From Flectonema sp. DT1601 (taxonomy: Eukaryota): DNA of 64,000 nucleotides. Below, one piece after another: positions 56,303 through 64,000 of the stretch (positions are counted from its first letter, which is position 1; each line of letters begins with the position of its first letter). The translations under genes were made by a program, and so were the position numbers. Under the pieces are notes generated by a model. The model saw only the letters and a list, made by a program, of their open reading frames with translations, was not told where the DNA came from and made no database searches. The stretch is from positions 682,001-746,000 of the forward strand of contig OZ025799.1 of NCBI GenBank assembly GCA_964019425.1, in the 5' to 3' direction.

Positions 56303-57078
56303 TCCTTACAACATCACCTGGAGAAGGAAAAAGGAATGGATTGTATTTAATAAACAGCGTCTTTGTAACAGTATAATTGTGTATGTGGTCCATCTTGTGT
56401 GTCTGTTGTCTAAATTACTATAATACAATTAAACTATTTCCACATATCAAAAGGAGAGGCGGAAGTATCGCAGCAGCTACCGCGGGATAGGAATGCGGCG
56501 CCAAAGCAACACCACCAAGACCGAGCAAAGTCGCTTCAGAGACTATCGAAAGAAGCAACGTGATCGTTGATCTCTTTCATGTCAAAGCGAATCATTGCAG
56601 TTAAGGAAGGAAGTTGGCAGGGTGGCCAAATACGTATAAAAAGAAAATAATAATAAAAACTTGTTCAGCAGTCGTCAGACCTCCATCAGTGCCCTTGAGC
56701 CTTCACTGTATCGCAGAGGGAGGGGAACATCTGATAAGGTCATCACAAACTATCTGACAACAATAGGAGAAATGGAAGAACGCAATAGCTACGCCAAAAA
56801 CTTTTTGTGGTGTTCTCTCAGATGCTATCATCGCAGATACACTCAAATGACTTCTGTGGTCTGAAAGTAATTGACAGCGGCCTTTGCGTATCTCAGAATA
56901 TAAAAATAATAAAGTAAAGCAGCTTCACAAATATCATAAAAAGGATTCGACGTGGCTGACAAACTAAACTCAGTTTCTGAATTATAAAATAATAGCTGCG
57001 GGATATCCAACAAGGACATATTATGAGATGTGAAGTGATAATAATAATAAGAGAAACATTCATAAAATAACAAAATCT

Positions 57079-58236
57079 CTAGTTCCTGGAGATAATGTGA
57101 TTGTTGACTAAGTTAGCAGACGCATCAGGATGAATGTAAATCCCCTTATCACCTGTGTCAGTAGCAGGTGTGATGATTACGTTTCCAATTACAGATGCTG
57201 CTGAAACAGTAAGTCTGTGGTACATCTTAATCCCGAAATGTGGAGCGTTGATAATAGTGTTGCTTCGGAGTTGCTGTGGAAACCCACCGTCACCTGCAGC
57301 TTGAGGGACGGGTCTGGAGTCGGTGAATATTCCATTTGCTCCTGGCGATATGATGGTGTTGTGTTCAACAATATGATTCTCTCCGAAAATAAGCATCCCA
57401 TTCCCCTCACCTGCTCCATTAACGATTGTGTTGTTTCTCATCACTGCACTGTGACCGTTGATTTGGAATCCATTTTGTTGGTAAACAGCGGCAAACGGCC
57501 TCACTCCGAACCGCGAAATTACATTTCCTTCCACCACGCAGTCCCCGTCAACCTGACCGACTTGGATCCCGTCCGCACCGGTGTCGGTAACGACGTTGTC
57601 TTTGATCAAGATGTTTGTGATCTTGTGTGGGTAAACAGTCGTTGGCACTCCATCGCATTCAAGCTGTCTTGAATCCGCCGTGTATCCGATGTACATTCCC
57701 TCACCATCTCCTGTTGAGTGGATCAAGTTGTTTTGAATGGTCACTCCGTCCATTCGTAAGTTTGATCGCCAAGTTGTTGGGTCACAAGATGGGTCTGTCT
57801 TTACCATAATCCCAGCGAATACGGAACGGTAGATCTCAACGTGATTTATTGAAACACTTGTTGTCGCACCTCCAACTCCGAGTGCCCCACCCAACCGAAA
57901 CCCATACGGGTGGTCCTTCAAGTCTTCACCTGTTCCTGTCACAGTGACGTCTGAACACCTTTCCACACTAATTCCATAATGCCATGGTTTGGTAGTAACT
58001 ACACCACCACAGTTCTTGATCACAGCTGAGTGCAGGTTTGTAAACTTCATCGGTCCTCTCATGTAAGCCGCCTCAACGCAGACCGTTCCCGATGCAAACT
58101 TTCGCTGAAGACCGTTGAACTCGTAATCGTTCGCTAACAACACCGCACCACATCCACACCGTTGCTTGTCTTCATCAGAAAGAACAGCAGCGACTCCAGT
58201 GAACAGAGTAGACAGTACTACGGCTGAGGTCTTCAT
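57079..58236 (-). CDS. Secreted right-handed parallel beta-helix (pectin lyase-like fold) protein, copy 1
   Basis: ATG at 58236 (MKTSAVVLS signal peptide). PbH1-type repeats TIQNNLIHST.DGEGMYIG, IKDNVVTDTGADGIQV, VEGNVI and VEHNTII. Confidence 0.9.
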   Translation of the reverse strand: MKTSAVVLSTLFTGVAAVLSDEDKQRCGCGAVLLANDYEFNGLQRKFASGTVCVEAAYMRGPMKFTNLHSAVIKNCGGVVTTKPWHYGISVERCSDVTVTGTGEDLKDHPYGFRLGGALGVGGATTSVSINHVEIYRSVFAGIMVKTDPSCDPTTWRSNLRMDGVTIQNNLIHSTGDGEGMYIGYTADSRQLECDGVPTTVYPHKITNILIKDNVVTDTGADGIQVGQVDGDCVVEGNVISRFGVRPFAAVYQQNGFQINGHSAVMRNNTIVNGAGEGNGMLIFGENHIVEHNTIISPGANGIFTDSRPVPQAAGDGGFPQQLRSNTIINAPHFGIKMYHRLTVSAASVIGNVIITPATDTGDKGIYIHPDASANLVNNHIISRN

Positions 58237-59202
58237 GTTGCTCAACAAGATTTTATCTGAAGAATAAGTATTTAGATAAATTACTTTTCACCTGACGAAC
58301 GAGAACACAAACCAACCAATAACAAATTATCTGAACTATTAATAATATAATTGGACTTGAACTGAATAAGAAATAATTAATTATTCTTGGAGAAGGAAAG
58401 GAATGGATTTTATTTAATTAACAGCGTCTTTGTAAGAACTCCACTAGTTTATTAAAAGTATAATTACGAAAGTGATCCATCTCGTGTTGTTTGTATCCGT
58501 TTAAATTACATCTTGTGTGTCTGTTGTCTAAATTACTATAATACAATTAAACTATTTCCACATATCAAAAGGAGAGGCGGAAGTATCGCAGCAGCTACCG
58601 CGGGATAGGAATGCGGCGCCAGACCAACACCACCAAGACCGAGCAAAGTCGCTTCAGAGACTATCGAAAGAAGCAACGTGATCGTTGATCTCTTTCATGT
58701 CAAAGCGAATCATTGCAGTTAAGGAAGGAAGTTGGCAGGGTGGCCAAATACGTATAAAAAGAAAATAATAATAAAAACTTGTTCAGCAGTCGTCAGACCT
58801 CCATCAGTGCCCTTGAGCCTTCACTGTATCGCAGAGGGAGGGGAACACCTGATAAGGTCATCACAAACTATCTGACAACAATAGGAGAAATGGAAGAACG
58901 CAATAGCTACGCCAAAAGCTTTTTGTGGTGTTCTCTCAGATGCTATCATCGCAGATACACTCAAATGACTTCTGTGGTCTGAAAGTAATTGACAGCGGCC
59001 TTTGCGTATCTCAGAATATAAAAATAATAAAGTAAAGCAGCTTCACAAATATCATAAAAAGGATTCGACGTGGCTGACAAACTAAACTCAGTTTCTGAAT
59101 TATAAAATAATAAGTTGCGGGATATCCAACAAGGACACATTATGAATAATGATGTGAAGTGATAATAATAATAAGAGAAACATTCATAAAATAACAAAAT
59201 CT

Positions 59203-60360
59203 CTAGTTCCTGGAGATAATGTGATTGTTGACTAAGTTAGCAGACGCATCAGGATGAATGTAAATCCCCTTATCACCTGTGTCAGTAGCAGGTGTGATGA
59301 TTACGTTTCCAATTACAGATGCTGCTGAAACAGTAAGTCTGTGGTACATCTTAATCCCGAAATGTGGAGCGTTGATAATAGTGTTGCTTCGGAGTTGCTG
59401 TGGAAACCCACCGTCACCTGCAGCTTGAGGGACGGGTCTGGAGTCGGTGAATATTCCATTTGCTCCTGGCGATATGATGGTGTTGTGTTCAACAATATGA
59501 TTCTCTCCGAAAATAAGCATCCCATTCCCCTCACCTGCTCCATTAACGATTGTGTTGTTTCTCATCACTGCACTGTGACCGTTGATTTGGAATCCATTTT
59601 GTTGGTAAACAGCGGCAAACGGCCTCACTCCGAACCGCGAAATTACATTTCCTTCCACCACGCAGTCCCCGTCAACCTGACCGACTTGGATCCCGTCCGC
59701 ACCGGTGTCGGTAACGACGTTGTCTTTGATCAAGATGTTTGTGATCTTGTGTGGGTAAACAGTCGTTGGCACTCCATCGCATTCAAGCTGTCTTGAATCC
59801 GCCGTGTATCCGATGTACATTCCCTCACCATCTCCTGTTGAGTGGATCAAGTTGTTTTGAATGGTCACTCCGTCCATTCGTAAGTTTGATCGCCAAGTTG
59901 TTGGGTCACAAGATGGGTCTGTCTTTACCATAATCCCAGCGAATACGGAACGGTAGATCTCAACGTGATTTATTGAAACACTTGTTGTCGCACCTCCAAC
60001 TCCGAGTGCCCCACCCAACCGAAACCCATACGGGTGGTCCTTCAAGTCTTCACCTGTTCCTGTCACAGTGACGTCTGAACACCTTTCCACACTAATTCCA
60101 TAATGCCATGGTTTGGTAGTAACTACACCACCACAGTTCTTGATCACAGCTGAGTGCAGGTTTGTAAACTTCATCGGTCCTCTCATGTAAGCCGCCTCAA
60201 CGCAGACCGTTCCCGATGCAAACTTTCGCTGAAGACCGTTGAACTCGTAATCGTTCGCTAACAACACCGCACCACATCCACACCGTTGCTTGTCTTCATC
60301 AGAAAGAACAGCAGCGACTCCAGTGAACAGAGCAGACAGTACTACGGCTGAGGTCTTCAT
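59203..60360 (-). CDS. Secreted parallel beta-helix protein, copy 2
   Basis: Same as copy 1 except Thr to Ala in the signal peptide. Confidence 0.9.
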   Translation of the reverse strand: MKTSAVVLSALFTGVAAVLSDEDKQRCGCGAVLLANDYEFNGLQRKFASGTVCVEAAYMRGPMKFTNLHSAVIKNCGGVVTTKPWHYGISVERCSDVTVTGTGEDLKDHPYGFRLGGALGVGGATTSVSINHVEIYRSVFAGIMVKTDPSCDPTTWRSNLRMDGVTIQNNLIHSTGDGEGMYIGYTADSRQLECDGVPTTVYPHKITNILIKDNVVTDTGADGIQVGQVDGDCVVEGNVISRFGVRPFAAVYQQNGFQINGHSAVMRNNTIVNGAGEGNGMLIFGENHIVEHNTIISPGANGIFTDSRPVPQAAGDGGFPQQLRSNTIINAPHFGIKMYHRLTVSAASVIGNVIITPATDTGDKGIYIHPDASANLVNNHIISRN

Positions 60361-61328
60361 GTTGCTCAACAAGATTTTATCTGAAGAATAAGTATTTAGA
60401 TAAATTACTTTTCACCTGACGAACGAGAACACAAACTAACCAATAACAAATTATCTGAACTATTAATAATATAATTGGACTTGAACTGAACAAGAAATAA
60501 TTAATTATTCTTGAGAAGGAAAGGAATGGATTTTATTTAATTAACAGCGACTTTGTAAGAACCCCACCAGTTTATTAAAAGTTTAATTACGAAAGTGATC
60601 CATCTCGTGTTGTTTGTATCCGTTTAAATTACATCTTGTGTGTCTGTTGTCTAAATTACTATAATACAATTAAACTATTTCAACATATCAAAAGGAGAGG
60701 CGGAAGTATCACAGCAGCTACCGCGGGATAGGAATGCGGCGCCAAAGCAACACCACCAAGACCGAACAAAAGTCGCTTCAGAGACTATCGAAAGAAGCAA
60801 CGTGATCGTTGATCTCTTTCATGTCAAAGCGAATCATTGCAGTTAAGGAAGGAAGTTGGCAGAGTGGCCAAATACGTATAAAAAGAAAAAAATAATAAAA
60901 ACTTGTTCAGCAGTCGTCAGACCTCCATCAGTGCCCTTGAGCCTTCACTGTATCGCAGAGGGAGGGGAACATCTGATAAGGTCATCACAAACTATCTGAC
61001 AACAAAATAGGAGAAATGGAAGAACGCAATAGCTACGCCAAAAACTTTTTGTGGTGTTCTCTCAGATGCTATCATCGCAGATACACTCAAATGACTTCTG
61101 TGGTCTGAAAGTAATTGACAGCGGCCTTTGCGTATCTCAGAATATAAAAATAATAAAGTAAAGCAGCTTCACAAATATCATAAAAAGGATTCGACGTGGC
61201 TGACAAACTAAACTCAGTTTCTGAATTATAAAATAATAAGCTGCGGGATATCCAACAAGGACACATTATGAATAATGATGTGAAGTGATAATAATAATAA
61301 GAGAAACATTCATAAAATAACAAAATCT

Positions 61329-62486
61329 CTAGTTCCTGGAGATAATGTGATTGTTGACTAAGTTAGCAGACGCATCAGGATGAATGTAAATCCCCTTATC
61401 ACCTGTGTCAGTAGCAGGTGTGATGATTACGTTTCCAATTACAGATGCTGCTGAAACAGTAAGTCTGTGGTACATCTTAATCCCGAAATGTGGAGCGTTG
61501 ATAATAGTGTTGCTTCGGAGTTGCTGTGGAAACCCACCGTCACCTGCAGCTTGAGGGACGGGTCTGGAGTCGGTGAATATTCCATTTGCTCCTGGCGATA
61601 TGATAGTGTTGTGTTCAACAATATGATTCTCTCCGAAAATAAGCATCCCATTCCCCTCACCTGCTCCATTAACGATTGTGTTGTTTCTCATCACTGCACT
61701 GTGACCGTTGATTTGGAATCCATTTTGTTGGTAAACAGCGGCAAACGGCCTCACTCCGAACCGCGAAATCACATTTCCTTCCACCACGCAGTCCCCGTCA
61801 ACCTGACCGACTTGGATCCCGTCCGCACCGGTGTCGGTAACGACGTTGTCTTTGATCAAGATGTTTGTGATCTTGTGTGGGTAAACAGTCGTTGGCACTC
61901 CATCGCATTCAAGCTCTCTTGAATCCGCCGTGTATCCGATGTACATTCCCTCACCATCTCCTGTTGAGTGGATCAAGTTGTTTTGAATGGTCACTCCGTC
62001 CATTCGTAAGTTTGATCGCCAAGTTGTTGGGTCACAAGATGGGTCTGTCTTTACCATAATCCCAGCAAATACGGAACGGTAGATCTCAACGTGATTTATT
62101 GAAACACTTGTTGTCGCACCTCCAACTCCGAGTGCCCCACCCAACCGAAACCCATACGGGTGGTCCTTCAAGTCTTCACCTGTTCCTGTCACAGTGACGT
62201 CTGAACACCTTTCCACACTAATTCCATAATGCCATGGTTTGGTAGTAACTACACCACCACAGTTCTTGATCACAGCTGAGTGCAGGTTTGTAAACTTCAT
62301 CGGTCCCCTCATGTAAGCCGCCTCAACGCAGACCGTTCCCGATGCAAACTTTCGCTGAAGACCGTTGAACTCGTAATCGTTCGCTAACAACACCGCACCA
62401 CATCCACACCGTTGCTTGTCTTCATCAGAAAGAACAGCAGCGACTCCAGTGAACAGAGTAGACAGTACTACGGCTGAGGTCTTCAT
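61329..62486 (-). CDS. Secreted parallel beta-helix protein, copy 3
   Basis: Same as copy 1 except RQLE to RELE, plus a few silent changes. Confidence 0.9.
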   Translation of the reverse strand: MKTSAVVLSTLFTGVAAVLSDEDKQRCGCGAVLLANDYEFNGLQRKFASGTVCVEAAYMRGPMKFTNLHSAVIKNCGGVVTTKPWHYGISVERCSDVTVTGTGEDLKDHPYGFRLGGALGVGGATTSVSINHVEIYRSVFAGIMVKTDPSCDPTTWRSNLRMDGVTIQNNLIHSTGDGEGMYIGYTADSRELECDGVPTTVYPHKITNILIKDNVVTDTGADGIQVGQVDGDCVVEGNVISRFGVRPFAAVYQQNGFQINGHSAVMRNNTIVNGAGEGNGMLIFGENHIVEHNTIISPGANGIFTDSRPVPQAAGDGGFPQQLRSNTIINAPHFGIKMYHRLTVSAASVIGNVIITPATDTGDKGIYIHPDASANLVNNHIISRN

Positions 62487-62695
62487 GTTGCTCAACAAGA
62501 TTTTATCTGAAGAATAAGTATTTAGATAAATTACTTTTCACCTGACGAACGAGAACACAAACCAACCAATAACAAATTATCTGAACTATTAATAATATAA
62601 TTGGACTTGAACTGAATAAGAAATAATTAATTATGAAGAAACCACTAAAGAGGATCACATTAACTCTAAAGAATACAAATAAAGTGTTCAGCTGA

Positions 62696-63640
62696 CTAAT
62701 CGTTGAGATCTTTTGTTCGATCTTCAGAAGTTGATCTGCGTTGAGGGACACTTCGACTCCTACTCCTTGCACGAGCCCTGGCAAGACTATTGCTTCGCGA
62801 TTTGAGTTGTCTATTTATATAGTCCTTAATCGGTTCAACCCCTCCTCCGGTTCGAACAAAAACCTCACCTGCGGAATTCGCTCTGAGAATGAGTCGCTTC
62901 CCATCATGTGGAGTAAGGGTATAAGTACAATAATCAACTTTTTTTAAATGCTGCAAAAGATTAAATTCCTTCAAACTAGCATCAATCAAGGCTTGCTGCT
63001 GTGATGCAGATGGAGGTGGCGCAAATGTTCGTTTTGTCCGAGTGGCAAGACCAGCATCAGGAGTATCTATGAGGTCAGAAAGTTTTGGTTCTTTTTTTTT
63101 TGGTTTTCGACCACGTGGACTACTCTTGGAACTGTAAGCCAGAGTCTTTAAATCGAGAATATGAACTCTTAGGTGAGCTACTTCGTTAACAGCGATGGCA
63201 TTTTCTTCAAGTAATTCTTTATTATGCTTTAGAAGAGAAGGTATTCTCCTTGATTTACCTGTCAATACTTCTATTCTCTCTCTTAAAATAGCATTCTGTG
63301 CCATTATTGTATCAATCGCCATGTTGGTGTCAGCGGTGGTCAGGTTGGAGCGAAGTTGCATATTTTCTTCTTTCAATTTCCTATTATCTCTTTGTAATGT
63401 TATCACTTCTTTTTTTGCTTTGTTAAGAAGAGATGCTAAAAGAGCTACTTCATTAGCAGATACGTCGCAGTCGTCATCAGTTCTGGTTGCCTTATTGCTT
63501 TGTTCAGGTGTGACTGAGTGTTGTCGTTTATCACTTAATCCACCTGTCCATTTTGGCATCACCAATGCTTCGTCATCTGAATCAGAGTTGCTGCTGAGAT
63601 CCCATTCGAGTGTCTTTGGGATGGGTCCACCCTGTCGCAT
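62696..63640 (-). CDS. Coiled-coil protein with a C-terminal GAS2/GAR-like segment
   Basis: 314 aa with heptad-rich regions. KRLILRANSAGEVFVRTGGGVEPIKDYI resembles the GAR-domain VMVRVGGGW..L..FL motif. Confidence 0.7.
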   Translation of the reverse strand: MRQGGPIPKTLEWDLSSNSDSDDEALVMPKWTGGLSDKRQHSVTPEQSNKATRTDDDCDVSANEVALLASLLNKAKKEVITLQRDNRKLKEENMQLRSNLTTADTNMAIDTIMAQNAILRERIEVLTGKSRRIPSLLKHNKELLEENAIAVNEVAHLRVHILDLKTLAYSSKSSPRGRKPKKKEPKLSDLIDTPDAGLATRTKRTFAPPPSASQQQALIDASLKEFNLLQHLKKVDYCTYTLTPHDGKRLILRANSAGEVFVRTGGGVEPIKDYINRQLKSRSNSLARARARSRSRSVPQRRSTSEDRTKDLND

Positions 63641-64000
63641 AATGATGGTAAACCTGATGTGTGAATTAATAATAAAATATCTTATCTTTGATTTTTTATA
63701 TGAAGCTTTGCGAGCACACGAATCGTACTTTTGATTGAACCTAAAGGATAGTGGAAGATCCGAGTAAAGACCTTCTTCAACGGATTTTTAAATCTTTTTT
63801 TTTTTTTTTTTTCTCTCGAACCACTCACGCTGATCAATATCACTTAAGCCCAAGTGTCGTACTGAATTCTTTTATATTTCTTCAATTCATTTACAACATC
63901 ATCAGCTTCTTCTTCACTACAATTTGAATATTTCATTATACAATAAACTACAGCCTTAGTGACTGACTGAGGCATGTCTTTTGAAGTACCACTGATATAT

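Larger units (their letters stand above)
56320..62633. repeat. Tandem triplication of a ~2.1-kb unit (spacer plus beta-helix gene)
   Basis: Units start near 56320, 58389 and 60513 (GAGAAGGAAA..GGAATGGATT). Spacers and CDSs are near-identical. Confidence 0.95.

Noticed and set aside
57217..57672. Plus-strand ORFs overlapping real genes (also 4582-4902, 23950-24375, 25342-25833, 63195-63734)
   Set aside because: Antisense shadows of minus-strand CDSs with no independent features.
1..64000. Alternative genetic code or stop-codon reassignment
   Set aside because: Long ORFs translate cleanly with the standard code, and TAA, TAG and TGA are all used as stops.

Overview
AT-rich eukaryotic nuclear DNA, most likely a euglenozoan and probably a diplonemid (inference). 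Evidence: RPL13 has the euglenozoan-type KHWNPxSSQKG N-terminus, every credible gene (about 23) lies on the minus strand as in a directional gene cluster, and canonical GT-AG cis-introns are present. Housekeeping genes include RPL13, RPL36A/eL42, RPT4 and a SCY1-like pseudokinase. Bacterial-type or unusual proteins include a GAF-GAF-PAS adenylyl cyclase with an N-terminal RIIa/Dpy-30-like segment, a GluR0-like glutamate receptor, an MmpL/RND transporter lacking both Asp-Tyr pairs, a receptor kinase with tyrosine-kinase-like motifs, a catalytically degenerate Dis3L2/RNase II protein and three near-identical tandem secreted beta-helix genes. Eight introns were reconstructed by hand. Intergenic DNA carries several small mobile elements: a 721-bp TIR element with a 6-bp TSD, a 62-bp TIR element with a 9-bp TSD, a Harbinger-like MITE candidate, and two ~140-bp dispersed families embedded in A-tracts. 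Copies of one of these families sit in the only two long introns. All calls are by eye and no database searches were run.
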